Positions 30,494 through 41,606 of a DNA stretch of 64,000 nucleotides are shown in pieces (position 1 is the stretch's first letter; every line of letters starts with the position of its first letter). This stretch comes from Vulcanimicrobiota bacterium. GTDB lineage: Bacteria > Vulcanimicrobiota > Vulcanimicrobiia > Vulcanimicrobiales > Vulcanimicrobiaceae. The notes below the pieces were generated by a model. It was not told where the DNA came from. It made no database searches and saw only the letters and a program-made list of their open reading frames with translations. The position numbers and the translations under genes are program-made. Where the stretch lies: positions 288,001 through 352,000 of the forward strand of contig CAWETW010000002.1 in assembly GCA_963812155.1 (NCBI GenBank), given 5' to 3'.

Positions 30494-31505
30494 TTATGCG
30501 TGCATCATGCGATCCCAGTCGTCGCGGTCGATCCGCAAATCTTCCTCTTCCAGCGCGGCGAGCGGAACGTTGGGAAGGCGCTCGCGTCCGCAGAGATCGT
30601 GCGCTTTCGTGTCGACGTACAACAGTCCCGTGACGAACTCGCCGCGGCTGTTGGCGTCGTGAATCGTGCGTAAAGCCTGCATGGCATCCGACGGGTCGTA
30701 GTCGACGTCGAGTTTGCGCAACACGATGTGGGATCCGTCCTCGAGTTCTACGTCGTGCGCCGTGCCCGGTTCGTAGTCGACCGTCACTTCGCGGCCGCCC
30801 GGCGATGTAGTCGGCGGTGTGCAGCACGATGTCGTGATCTTTCACGTACGCGTAGCTCTTGGTCGAACCGGTATGGTCGTTGAAGGTAACGCACGGGCTG
30901 ACGATGTCGATGATCGACGTGCCGCGGTGCGAGAAAGCGGCCATCAGCAGCGGAACGATTTGCTTGCCGTCGCCGGAGAACGATCGCGCCACGAAGGTCG
31001 CGCCGAGTTCGATCGCTAGACCGCAAACGTCGATCGTCGAGTATTCGTTGACCTTGCCGCCCTTCTGGGTCGACCCGACGTCGGCGGTCGCGGAAAACTG
31101 CCCTTTGGTCAATCCGTAGCAGCCGTTGTTTTCGATCAGGTACGTCAGATCCACGTTGCGGCGAATCATGTGGCAGTACTGACCGAGGCCGATGCTGGCC
31201 GTGTCGCCGTCGCCGCTGATGCCGAGCACCATGAGTTCGCGATTGGCGACTTTTGCGCCGGTGGCGGCCGACGGCATTCGCCCGTGAAGGCTGTTGAAGC
31301 CGTGCGCCTGTTCGACGAAATACGCCGGCGTCTTCGAAGAGCAGCCGATGCCGCTCATCTTCGCCAGCTTGTGCGGATCGACGCCGTACTCGTAGAGCGC
31401 CTTGATGAGATGGTTGGTGATCGAGTTGTGGCCGCAGCCGGCACAGAGCGTGGTCGGCAGACCTTTGTAGACTTCTCGCGTGAGCCCGATCAAGTTGACG
31501 GTCAT
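30494..31505 (-). CDS. korB: 2-oxoacid:ferredoxin oxidoreductase beta subunit (apparent frameshift at about 30795)
   Basis: TLCAGCGH, SGIGCSSK, HGR, GDGDTASIG, NGCYGLTKGQFS, SPCVTFN. The C-terminus (EVTVDYEPG..TGLLYV) continues in another frame. Confidence 0.9.
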
Positions 31506-31519
31506 TTGCGAAACGTTCC

Positions 31520-33340
31520 TTATTCCGTCACGACGGCCGGCGCGCGCTCGGCATCGAGCAGAGGATCGATGATGGCGTGAGCGTCGATGGGGACGCCGTT
31601 GTAGTGACAGATGGATTCGAGACGCTGCACCAGATGCGTCGGGAGTTCGGTGCGCAGGATTCCGTAGAGTTGGCCGTCGCGGTTTTGTTCGACGACGTAC
31701 ACGCGGTCGTGACGCTGAATGAACGGCGCGATCTCCGGCGATAGCGGCAGCGCGCGTACGCGCATGTAGTCGATCTCGAGCCCTTCTTCGCGCAGGCGAT
31801 CGAGCGCTTCGACGACGGCGTGATGGGTCGTGCCGTACGCCACGATGGCGATGCGGTGGCCCTTGCCCTTCACGACCGGCGCCGGCACCGCCGTGCGCGC
31901 GGTCTCGTGCTTGCGCACGAGCCGATCGAGGTTGCGCTTCCACACCTCCGGCAGTTCGGAGTACCGCGCTTCCTCGTCGTGGCCGGTACCGCGCGTGAAA
32001 AAGGCGGCGTTGTGGTGGTTCGTGCCGGGCAGCGTGCGATACGGAATGCCGTCTTTGTCGACGTCGCGATAGCGGCCCCACGACGGCACGCGGTTGAGGT
32101 CTTCGGCGGTCAACACTTTGCCGCGCTCGAACGACTTCTCGGGATACGGCAGCGGCGGCGTAAGCCACGAGTTCATTCCGAGATCGAGATCGCTCAGCAC
32201 GAAGACCGGCGTTTGAAAACGATCGGCCAAGTCGAAGGCTTCCATCGCGAACTCGTAGGCCTCGCGGACGGTCGCCGGGAGAAGCACGACGTGCTTCGTG
32301 TCGCCGTGCGACAGGTTGTAAACGAATGCGACGTCACCTTGCATCGTGCGGGTCGGCAGGCCGGTCGACGGTCCGGCGCGCTGAACGTCGAAAATCACGC
32401 CCGGCACCTCGGCGAAATATCCAAATCCCGCGTACTCGGCCATCAGCGAAATGCCCGGGCCCGACGTCGAGGTCATCGCGCGTGCGCCGGCCCAGCCCGC
32501 GCCGAAAACCATGCCCGCCGCGGCCAGCTCGTCTTCGGCCTGAACGATCGCGTATTTGTGTTCGCCGGTTTCCTTGTCGACGCGAAAACGTTCGCAGTAA
32601 TCGATGAAGTATTCGCAGAGCGACGACGACGGCGTAATCGGATACCATGCCGCGACCGTGCACCCGCCCATGACGCAACCGAGTGCGGCGGCACGATTGC
32701 CTTCCATGAAGAGCAATCCCTCGGTCTTGCCGTTCGCACGTTCCAAGTGATACGGGTCGCGCTTTTCGAAGTGTTCGCGCGCGTACTCGAAGCCGACGTT
32801 GATCGCGGTCATATTCAACTCGACCGCGGCCGGCTTGGTACGGAATTGCGCCTTGAGCCCTTCCTCGAGGGTTTCGGCGGGAATGTCGAGCAGCTGTGCG
32901 AGCGCTCCCACGTAAATCATGTTCATCAGATATTTACGGAGATCGCCCTTATCCGCGAAGCGCTCTTTGGCGAGTTGCGCGAACGGGACGGCGTAATACG
33001 TCACGTCGTCGCGCAAGGTCGCGCCGGTCACCGGGAAGGCTTCTTCCTGAAGGATCGCGCCGCCGGGCTTGACGCCGGCGACGTCGGCTTGCCACGTGGT
33101 CGCGTTGAGCGCCACCAAGACGTCGACGTCGCGCGTGCGGCACTGATAGCCCTTCGCGGTGACCCGAATGTCGAACCACGTCGGCAGTCCCTCGATGTTC
33201 GAGGGGAAGACGTTCTTCGGCGCGACCGGAATGCCGAGCCGCAAAATGGCGTTGGTGATGACGAGATTCGAGGATTGGCTCCCCGAGCCGTTGACCGTCG
33301 CCACCCGAATGGTGAAGTCGTTGACCGCGCGTTTGGGCAT
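31520..33340 (-). CDS. korA: 2-oxoacid:ferredoxin oxidoreductase alpha subunit
   Basis: ATVNGSGSQS, GNRAAALG, WYPITPSS, VQAEDELAA, TSTSGPGISLM, QRAGPSTGLPT, VVEQNRDGQL. Confidence 0.93.
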   Translation of the reverse strand: MPKRAVNDFTIRVATVNGSGSQSSNLVITNAILRLGIPVAPKNVFPSNIEGLPTWFDIRVTAKGYQCRTRDVDVLVALNATTWQADVAGVKPGGAILQEEAFPVTGATLRDDVTYYAVPFAQLAKERFADKGDLRKYLMNMIYVGALAQLLDIPAETLEEGLKAQFRTKPAAVELNMTAINVGFEYAREHFEKRDPYHLERANGKTEGLLFMEGNRAAALGCVMGGCTVAAWYPITPSSSLCEYFIDYCERFRVDKETGEHKYAIVQAEDELAAAGMVFGAGWAGARAMTSTSGPGISLMAEYAGFGYFAEVPGVIFDVQRAGPSTGLPTRTMQGDVAFVYNLSHGDTKHVVLLPATVREAYEFAMEAFDLADRFQTPVFVLSDLDLGMNSWLTPPLPYPEKSFERGKVLTAEDLNRVPSWGRYRDVDKDGIPYRTLPGTNHHNAAFFTRGTGHDEEARYSELPEVWKRNLDRLVRKHETARTAVPAPVVKGKGHRIAIVAYGTTHHAVVEALDRLREEGLEIDYMRVRALPLSPEIAPFIQRHDRVYVVEQNRDGQLYGILRTELPTHLVQRLESICHYNGVPIDAHAIIDPLLDAERAPAVVTE

Positions 33341-33463
33341 GGGCGGCACTAACTTCCGAGGCGGCGGGGTCAACTCCCGGTTTATGGGGATCGAGCGTGC
33401 GCCAGCGCCGGGATCGTGGGGATTCCCTCGAGGCAGCACGTGGGGTTTTTCGGCGAGCGCACG

Positions 33464-33501
33464 TTGACTGTCTGATGGCATTGGCGATACAGTGATGGCA
33501 T
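33464..33501 (+). promoter_or_regulatory. Promoter of the vapBC operon with direct repeats
   Basis: TTGACT at 33464-33469, TACAGT at 33488-33493; TGATGGCAT at 33473 and 33493. Confidence 0.6.
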
Positions 33502-33769
33502 GCACCGCATTCAGGTACAACTGACGACCGAGCAGGAGCGTGCCTTGAAAGAGATCGCGCGCTTGCGCGGCGTCTCGATTTCGGCACTCGTGCGCGAAGG
33601 CGTTGACCGCATCCTCGAGCCCGAGCGGCACCGCGACGACGCGAGGGTCAAGCGGGCGCTCGGGCTCATCGGTTTGTTCAATTCGAAAGGGCCGCGTGAC
33701 GTCAGCGAACGTCACGACGAGTACGTTGCCGAGGCGATACACGAACGCTTCGCGCGGCGGAGCAGATGA
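33500..33769 (+). CDS. vapB: Ribbon-helix-helix (CopG-like) antitoxin
   Basis: MHRIQVQLT..ALKEIAR.RGVSISALVREGVD; C-terminal DVSERHDEY; ATGA overlap with the PIN gene. Confidence 0.85.
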   Translation: MHRIQVQLTTEQERALKEIARLRGVSISALVREGVDRILEPERHRDDARVKRALGLIGLFNSKGPRDVSERHDEYVAEAIHERFARRSR

Positions 33770-34170
33770 ATCCGATTTTCTGCGACACCTCGGGTTTCTA
33801 CGCATTGATCGACGCGTCCGAATCGCAGCATCCGATCGCCGCAGCGGCTTGGGAACGAATGATTTGCGATCGCCATCGGCTCGTAACGAGCAACTACGTC
33901 ATCACCGAGACGCTTGCCGTTACTCAGGCGCGCATCGGCGTAAGAGCGGTACGGGCTCTCCTGGAACGCATCGAGGACTTCGTCGAGGTCGCGTGGATCG
34001 ATCGCGCGCTTCACGAGGACGCTCTTCGCCAGCTCCTCAGTCACGATCGCCGGCATCGAAGCTTCGTGGATTGCACGAGTTTTGCGCTGATGCGACGGCA
34101 TCGCATCGTCGAAGCCTTTGCGGTCGACGCCGATTTCAAAGAGCATGGCTTCACGCTCTTTCAGGGCTAG
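33766..34170 (+). CDS. vapC: PIN-domain toxin
   Basis: IFCDTSGFYAL, TSNYVITET, SFVDCTSFALM, FAVDADF. Confidence 0.9.
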   Translation: MNPIFCDTSGFYALIDASESQHPIAAAAWERMICDRHRLVTSNYVITETLAVTQARIGVRAVRALLERIEDFVEVAWIDRALHEDALRQLLSHDRRHRSFVDCTSFALMRRHRIVEAFAVDADFKEHGFTLFQG

Positions 34171-34179
34171 CGAGCGAGC

Positions 34180-34216
34180 AAAAAAGAAAGGCCCGGCATC
34201 ACTGCCGAGCCCTTCG
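34180..34216 (-). terminator. Intrinsic terminator of groESL
   Basis: On the minus strand: GGGCTCGGCA-GTGA-TGCCGGGCC followed by TTTCTTTTTT. Confidence 0.75.
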
Positions 34217-34232
34217 AACGGTGACTGAGCCG

Positions 34233-34336
34233 TAGGAAGATCCGATTTCTCCTCAGAGCTAGGAACCGCGGGTCGCGGTTTGCTACGGCAAATAAGACCC
34301 GCGGCGACAACGCTATGAGGAAAATCGGGCTTCCTA
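34233..34336 (+). repeat. Dispersed ~100-nt palindromic structured element, copy 2
   Basis: Same CTAGGAA / GTTTGCTACGGCAAAT / GACAACG / GAAAATCGGG core as 6249-6348, with different but still pairing stems. Confidence 0.8.
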
Positions 34337-36010
<1,674 letters not shown>

Positions 36011-36020
36011 TTAAAACTCC

Positions 36021-36326
36021 TTAGACGCCGGCCGGCACTTTGTCGACGACGGCGAGGATATCTTTTTCAGGAATGATGAGATATTCGGTGCCGTCGATCT
36101 TGACTTCGCTGCCCGAATATTTGCGATAGAGAACGCGATCGCCGACCTTGACGCTCATGCCGAGCTTCGTGCCGCTTTCCAGCACGCGGCCGTCACCGGC
36201 CGCCCGCACCATGCCCTCTTGGGGCTTTTCCTTAGCGGTATCGGGCAGAAAAATACCGCCCGTCGTCTTGTCGTCTTGCTCGACGTGCTCGATAACCACG
36301 TTATCGTGCAAAGGCTTGAGATTCAC
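36021..36326 (-). CDS. groS: Co-chaperonin GroES
   Basis: LKPLHDNV, TTGGIFLPDTAKEKPQEG, VKVGDRV..KYSGSEVK. Confidence 0.98.
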   Translation of the reverse strand: MNLKPLHDNVVIEHVEQDDKTTGGIFLPDTAKEKPQEGMVRAAGDGRVLESGTKLGMSVKVGDRVLYRKYSGSEVKIDGTEYLIIPEKDILAVVDKVPAGV

Positions 36327-36361
36327 GGATTACCAACCTCCAAAAGCTGTCTCTACAGGAA

Positions 36362-36425
36362 TTAGCACTCTCAGCGCGAGAGCGCTAGCCGTGCCATCTT
36401 AGCAAACTGGACCGGAGAGTGCAAG
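36362..36425 (-). promoter_or_regulatory. groESL promoter with tandem CIRCE elements
   Basis: TTAGCACTC-N9-GAGCGCTAG (36362-36388) and degenerate TTAGCAAAC-N9-GAGTGCAAG (36399-36425). Minus-strand TTGCAC-17 nt-TAAGAT promoter with an extended TG. Confidence 0.85.
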
Positions 36426-36430
36426 TGGCC

Positions 36431-36724
36431 CTAGGGGGCCAGGCGAGCGAACTCCGGGCTGCCCAGCGCATAGGCGACGGCGAGCGCGACGGCGAGCAGC
36501 ACGAAGAAGATGCGCGCGAGGAGCCGCTCACTCCCGAGGCCGATGAGGGCCAGTCCTAGGCTCAGGCTCAAGACCGCACCCTGGGCCACCATCGGGCGAT
36601 CGGTGCGGTGCAGGAAGATCCACAAGAAGAACGCCGTCCCAAGCCCGACGACGACGGCCAGCAGGCTCGTGGAGGTCCAAATGACCACCTCGTTCGGCTC
36701 CCGTAAGGAGCGGTCGGGCATCAT
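36431..36724 (-). CDS. Small 3-TM membrane protein
   Basis: Three hydrophobic helices; TAGAGT 6 nt upstream of the ATG. Confidence 0.65.
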   Translation of the reverse strand: MMPDRSLREPNEVVIWTSTSLLAVVVGLGTAFFLWIFLHRTDRPMVAQGAVLSLSLGLALIGLGSERLLARIFFVLLAVALAVAYALGSPEFARLAP

Positions 36725-36743
36725 GCCGATACTCTACCTTTCG

Positions 36744-37256
36744 ATGCGTAGAGACCGCTTGGAAAAATCCGAAACCAGGAACAAGGATGCGCGCGCTTCG
36801 TGGGGCCGCATCGCGGCGCAGGTCCTGCTCGCAGGTTTGGCCGGCGCCGTTCTCCTCGACTGTTACCTCTTCGTCACGAAGCTGCTGCCGCACGGCAACG
36901 GCATCGTCGGGATGTGGCAGTGGATTGCGTCGACTGTGCTCGGCAAATCCGCGCTCGCCAACCCCGGATCGGCCGCAGTCGGAGCGGCGCTGCATCTCCT
37001 CGTCAGCATCGGTTGGGCGGCGGGCTACGTCTATATCGCGGTCAACCACCCGGCAAGCACGCGGCGATGGTTCGTTGCCGGCATCGTGTACGGCTTGATC
37101 GTCTACACGATCATGCAAGTGATCTTGCTCGCCGACGGCAACTTCATCTATCCGCCGACGCCCAATGCGTTCGTCAACGACCTGATCGCGCACGCACTCT
37201 TCTTCGGAGTTCCGGTGGCGCTCGTCGTACGAGCGTTGCAGCCCCGGCGCACGTGA
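36744..37256 (+). CDS. Four-TM hypothetical membrane protein
   Basis: WIAS.VLG..A, LH..VS..WA..Y, G..YG, H..FFG.PVA; GTGA overlap with alr. Confidence 0.7.
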   Translation: MRRDRLEKSETRNKDARASWGRIAAQVLLAGLAGAVLLDCYLFVTKLLPHGNGIVGMWQWIASTVLGKSALANPGSAAVGAALHLLVSIGWAAGYVYIAVNHPASTRRWFVAGIVYGLIVYTIMQVILLADGNFIYPPTPNAFVNDLIAHALFFGVPVALVVRALQPRRT

Positions 37257-38410
37257 TCGGACGCCTGCGCGTCTCGCTGCGCGCGCTCCGCAACAACGCA
37301 CAACTGCTGCGCGACATGGTCGGACCCAAACACGCCGCATTCGTCGTCAAAAGCAACGGGTACGGACATGGCCTGCTCGAAACGGCGCGCGCGGCCGAGC
37401 CGCTCGCGCGGCGCATTTGCGTGTACGCTTTCGAAGAAGCCCTAGCGTTGCGCGCAGGCGGTATCACGAAGCCGATACTCGTGCTCGGTCCCATTCCGCC
37501 GGAGGCGCTCGACGACGTCATGGCGGCGAAGCTCGACGTCGCGCTTTGGGACACCGGCGAATTCGCGCGCCGGCTCGCCAACGCCGCACGCAAACGCCAG
37601 ACGCGCGCACCCGTGCACGTAAAAGTCAATACCGGATTGAACCGGCTTGGATTCGAACCGCACGAGCTGGCCGACGCGATCGAGGACTACCTGCACGTGT
37701 CGGAGATCGAAATCGCCGGCGTCTTTTCGCACTTGTCGGCGGCCGAGGAACTCGACTCGCCGTATACGATGTATCAACTGGAAACGTTCGAGCGCGCGCT
37801 GACCGCAGCGGAGCCGCTGTTCGAACGCGAGCGCATCGTTCCGCTGCGCCACATCGCGGCGTCTGCGGCAGCCATCCTCTGGCCCCAAACGCGGCTCGAC
37901 CTCTCGCGCTTCGGCATCGCGCTGTACGGACTGTGGCCCTCGAAAGCCACGCGTGAGGCGGCCGATTCCAACGGCATCGCGCTCGAGCCCGCACTATCGT
38001 ACGAGTCCGAAATCGTCGTCGTCCGATCGGTGCCGGCCGGCTCGGCCATCGGCTACGGCGCGACGTTCCACGCACCGCGCGATCTGCGCGTCGGCGTCGT
38101 GCCGGTCGGTTACGGCGACGGCGTGCCGCGGGCCCTCTCCAATCGTGGCGCATTTCTGGTGGATGGTGCCGTCTGCCCGATCGTCGGACGCGTCGCGATG
38201 AATCTTAGCGAGGTCGATCTCACCTCCGCGCCCGGAGCGCATCCGGGCTCGAAGGTAACGCTGATCGGCCGCGACGGCGATGCCTACGTCGGTGCCGACG
38301 ACTGGGCGCAATGGGCGGAAACGATCAACTACGAAATCGTCGCGCGTCTACCGTCCGAGATACCGCGCGTCTACGACGATCTAAGCGACGGCGGCGATAG
38401 CGTCCTTTAG
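37253..38410 (+). CDS. alr: Alanine racemase
   Basis: VVKSNGYGHG, HVKVNTGLNRLG, FSHL, GIALYG, IGYG, GYGDG, VGRVAM, TINYEI. Confidence 0.95.
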   Translation: MIGRLRVSLRALRNNAQLLRDMVGPKHAAFVVKSNGYGHGLLETARAAEPLARRICVYAFEEALALRAGGITKPILVLGPIPPEALDDVMAAKLDVALWDTGEFARRLANAARKRQTRAPVHVKVNTGLNRLGFEPHELADAIEDYLHVSEIEIAGVFSHLSAAEELDSPYTMYQLETFERALTAAEPLFERERIVPLRHIAASAAAILWPQTRLDLSRFGIALYGLWPSKATREAADSNGIALEPALSYESEIVVVRSVPAGSAIGYGATFHAPRDLRVGVVPVGYGDGVPRALSNRGAFLVDGAVCPIVGRVAMNLSEVDLTSAPGAHPGSKVTLIGRDGDAYVGADDWAQWAETINYEIVARLPSEIPRVYDDLSDGGDSVL

Positions 38411-39100
38411 TTCCATCGTTCCGGTGTAGAGCGCGCTGCCGACGATGCACGAATCGACGTTGGCCGGAACGGAGTGCTTGAGTTCCTGTAAGTCCTCGAT
38501 ATTGCGCGCGCCGCCGCTGGCCGTCACGGCGACGCCGGCCGCGCCGGCGACCGCATTGAGCGCCTCGATGTCGTAGCCTTCGCCCATGCCGTCGCGCCGG
38601 ATCTCGGTGAAAATGACGCGACCGATGCCCCACTGCGCGACGCGGCGCACGAGCGCGTCGCGATCGACCGGCGTCCGTTCTTGCCAGCCGTGCGTTGCCA
38701 CTTGGGATCCGCGCGCGTCGATGCCGGCGATGACTTTGCCGGGAAAACGTCCGACGATATGGCGCGCCAGCCGCTCGTCTTCCACCAGCAGCGTTCCGAG
38801 GATGATTTCGGAAACGCCCGCGGCAAACGCCGTTTCGGCGTGCTTGAGATTGCGCAAGCCGCCGCCCATCTGCACGGGAACGCCGACGGCCGCGCAGATC
38901 CCCTCCACGGCCGCGAGATTCTCACCCGATCCGAACGCTCCGTCGAGGTCGATCACGTGCAATCGCTGTGCGCCTTGCGCAACGAACTCCGTTGCGCGCT
39001 CGACCGGGTCGTCGTCATACGCCGCGGTGGTCGAGGGATCGCCCTGTCGCATGCGCACGCATTTGCCGCCGCGCAGGTCGATCGCCGGGATCACGATCAC
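38381..39100 (-). CDS. hisA: Phosphoribosylformimino-5-aminoimidazole carboxamide ribotide isomerase
   Basis: IPAIDLRGGKCVR..QG, LHVIDLDGA, QMGGGLR, RDGM..G, ASGG, IVGSALY. Confidence 0.92.
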   Translation of the reverse strand: MIVIPAIDLRGGKCVRMRQGDPSTTAAYDDDPVERATEFVAQGAQRLHVIDLDGAFGSGENLAAVEGICAAVGVPVQMGGGLRNLKHAETAFAAGVSEIILGTLLVEDERLARHIVGRFPGKVIAGIDARGSQVATHGWQERTPVDRDALVRRVAQWGIGRVIFTEIRRDGMGEGYDIEALNAVAGAAGVAVTASGGARNIEDLQELKHSVPANVDSCIVGSALYTGTMELKDAIAAVA

Positions 39101-39113
39101 CGCGACGGCTCTC

Positions 39114-40280
39114 TCAATTCCTCGCCCCGTTCGATTCGCGCTTTTCGAGCGGCACGTACGGACCGGCCGGCGGTCCGTCGTAGGTTGCCTGCGGCCGAAT
39201 CAAACGATTGTCGGCGAGTTGCTCGAGCACGTGCGCCGTCCAGCCCGCGATGCGTCCGCACGCGAAGAGACAGGTGAACTCGTCGCCCGGGATGCCCAAA
39301 TCCGCCAGCACCGGCGCCGTATAGAAATCGACGTTGGCGTAGATGGTGTTGTCCGGTTTTTTCTCTTGCAGAACTTTGCGGCTGGCCTCTTCGAGCCGAT
39401 GCGCGATTTCGTACCAGGGGCTGTTGCCCTGCTGTTCCGAGAGCTTCTTTGCCATCGCTTCGAGATGACGGGCGCGCGGGTCGCGAACTTTGTATTCACG
39501 GTGGCCCATGCCCATGATGCGCTCGTTGCGTGCGAGCGCGTCGCGCACGTACTGTTCGGCGTTCTCGGGCGAACCGGCTTCCTTGAGCGCACGGAACGCG
39601 GCGGTGGCCGCGCCGCCGTGCAGATCGCCTTGCAGCGTCGCAAGCGCCGCCGTGATCGAAGCGTAGAGGTCGGCGCGCGTCGATGCGGTGACGCGACCCG
39701 AGAACGTCGACGCGTTGTACGAATGGTCGGCGAGGAGCACGAAATACGTATCCAGCGCGTCCGCCTCGACGCCGTTGGAGACTTTTCCGGAACGCATATA
39801 GAGGAAGTTGGCCGCCTGCGAGAGGTCGGTGCGCGGCTCGATCGGATCGAGTCCGCGACGAATACGATCCCACGCGGCCACGATCGTCGGCATCTTCGCG
39901 ATCAGTTCCACGGCGACGTGCACGTCGGAAACGTGTTCGCCGCGCGCGTCGACCGGCGAGAAGAGCGCAAGGCCGCTGACGATCGTGCGAAGGACGTCCA
40001 TCGGCCATGCCGTCTTCGGGACGTTCTGCATCGCGCTGATCAGCGGTTCGGGCAGCGAACGGCGCGAGCCTAACTCGCGTTTGAGGGCTTCAAGTTCGGC
40101 GCGGTTCGGCAGATGGCCGTACAGCAACAGGTGGACGACCTCTTCGAACGTCGCGCTCGGCGCGAGATCGTCGATATCGTAACCGCGATAGGTCAGGCGG
40201 CCGACGGCGCCTTCGACGTTGCTGAGTTGAGTGGTTCCTACGACGACGCCTTCGAGGCCACGGTCGACTACGGTTGACAA
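39114..40280 (-). CDS. Citrate (or 2-methylcitrate) synthase, TTG start
   Basis: GLEGVV, LTYRGY, DHSYNASTF, LHGGA, GMGHREYK..DPR, NVDFY; GGAGG upstream of the TTG at 40280. Confidence 0.92.
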   Translation of the reverse strand: MSTVVDRGLEGVVVGTTQLSNVEGAVGRLTYRGYDIDDLAPSATFEEVVHLLLYGHLPNRAELEALKRELGSRRSLPEPLISAMQNVPKTAWPMDVLRTIVSGLALFSPVDARGEHVSDVHVAVELIAKMPTIVAAWDRIRRGLDPIEPRTDLSQAANFLYMRSGKVSNGVEADALDTYFVLLADHSYNASTFSGRVTASTRADLYASITAALATLQGDLHGGAATAAFRALKEAGSPENAEQYVRDALARNERIMGMGHREYKVRDPRARHLEAMAKKLSEQQGNSPWYEIAHRLEEASRKVLQEKKPDNTIYANVDFYTAPVLADLGIPGDEFTCLFACGRIAGWTAHVLEQLADNRLIRPQATYDGPPAGPYVPLEKRESNGARN

Positions 40281-40424
40281 AGAATCCCTCCACAGAGAAG
40301 TTCCGCTGATGCGCGGGGTGGCTGAGTTTTCAGTCTCCATTATTAACCCCTCTCGGGGCCGGAACGTGCCACAAAGGCGGCTGGCGCAAAGACGTGGAGG
40401 GGCGCCGAAGCGAAGCAAGGCGGC

Positions 40425-40860
40425 ATGGAAAGCCTCGATCTCTCCGGCCGGCCGCCGCGCGGACCCCGCCTGCCGCTCGCCGGTCTCGATCTCTTCATGC
40501 TGGCGCGTACCGTCGATAAGGTTCGGGCAACGCTGCCGGGCGGCAGCCTCGGCACCTATCAAATTCCCGGCTTCAGCGCGCGTCTGTTGGAAAGGCTCGG
40601 CATTACCGAGGACGAGATGCGCGATGCCGTTGCGCGCGCGGACTCCGACGAGGCCGTCGCCGCATGGGTCCGCGAGCGCACCGACCAGGCGCGCTACCCG
40701 GAAATCAACGCGGCGATGGAGCAACGGACGATCGCGCGACCGGCTCGGCGATCCCGCCTTCGTAGCGAAATATCCGATCGCGCGCTCGCTTCCGCCCGAC
40801 ATGCCGTTGCTCGATTTTCTCTCGACCGACGACGCCGACATGTTTCCGCCGCGCCCATGA
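40425..40860 (+). CDS. DUF5069-like protein (apparent frameshift at about 40737)
   Basis: DLS..PPR.PR..LAG....ARTVDK.RA..G..G.Y; SDEAVAAW. The C-terminus ..LLDFLSTDDADMF lies in another frame. Confidence 0.6.
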
Positions 40861-41606
40861 CCGCGGAAATTATCGTTTCGGCGGATTCGGGCGTCGGCGA
40901 GATTCGCATCGATCGTCCCGCAAAAAAGAACGCACTCACTTCCGGCATGTACGCCGCCATGGCCGAAGCACTCGAAGCATTCGATCGCGACGACGCCATT
41001 CGCGTTGCGGTGATTCGCGGCGGAAACGATTTCACGGCGGGCAACGATCTCCGCGATTTCATCGATGCGTCCGCCGCCGGCGATCGCAAAGCGCTCGACG
41101 CGATCGTCGAGTTTCTCACGCACCTCGCAGATTTCTCGAAACCGCTGATCGCGGCCGTGCGCGGAAATGCCATCGGCGTCGGCACGACGATGCTGCTTCA
41201 TGCCGACGCCGTCGTCGCCGGAACGTCGGCGCGCTTTCGTGTGCCGTTCACGCAACTGGGCCTCGTCCCCGAAGCCGGCTCGTCGCTGCTCTTACCGCTG
41301 ACCGTCGGACGCATGCGCGCAGCGTGGATGCTGCTTGCGGGCGAGTTTTTCAGCGCGGGCGACGCGTTTGCAGCCGGCCTGATCACCAGCGTCGTCGCGG
41401 ACGACCGCGTCGAGGATACGGCCGCCGCAATGGCGGCCAAACTCGCGTCGCTTCCACCCGTCGCGGTACGCGAGACCAAACGTTTGATGCGCGATGCGAT
41501 CGCTCGAGACGTTCGCGAGCAAATGGATGCAGAGATCGCGGCCTTCGCCGAGCGCCTGACGTCCGAAGAGTTCCGAGCGTCCGTTAGCGCAGTGCTCGCG
41601 CGTTAG
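40857..41606 (+). CDS. Enoyl-CoA hydratase/isomerase family
   Basis: DRPAKKNALT, FTAGNDL, KPLIAAVRGNAIGVG, PFTQLGLVPEAGSS. Confidence 0.92.
   Translation: MTAEIIVSADSGVGEIRIDRPAKKNALTSGMYAAMAEALEAFDRDDAIRVAVIRGGNDFTAGNDLRDFIDASAAGDRKALDAIVEFLTHLADFSKPLIAAVRGNAIGVGTTMLLHADAVVAGTSARFRVPFTQLGLVPEAGSSLLLPLTVGRMRAAWMLLAGEFFSAGDAFAAGLITSVVADDRVEDTAAAMAAKLASLPPVAVRETKRLMRDAIARDVREQMDAEIAAFAERLTSEEFRASVSAVLAR

Noticed and set aside
30784..30800. Programmed ribosomal frameshifting in korB or murC
   Set aside because: No slippery heptamer at the shift sites; multiple unrelated indels point to sequence error.
28587..32168. 1193-aa ORF apparently fusing korB to an MFS transporter
   Set aside because: Artefact of the korB frameshift and GC-rich read-through. 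The middle section is nonsense-like and overlaps a separate real gene (30059-30472).
40425..41606. Apparent DUF5069-like/enoyl-CoA hydratase fusion
   Set aside because: The natural C-terminus of the first protein lies in another frame and ends with an ATGA overlap at 40857-40860; an indel explains the fusion.
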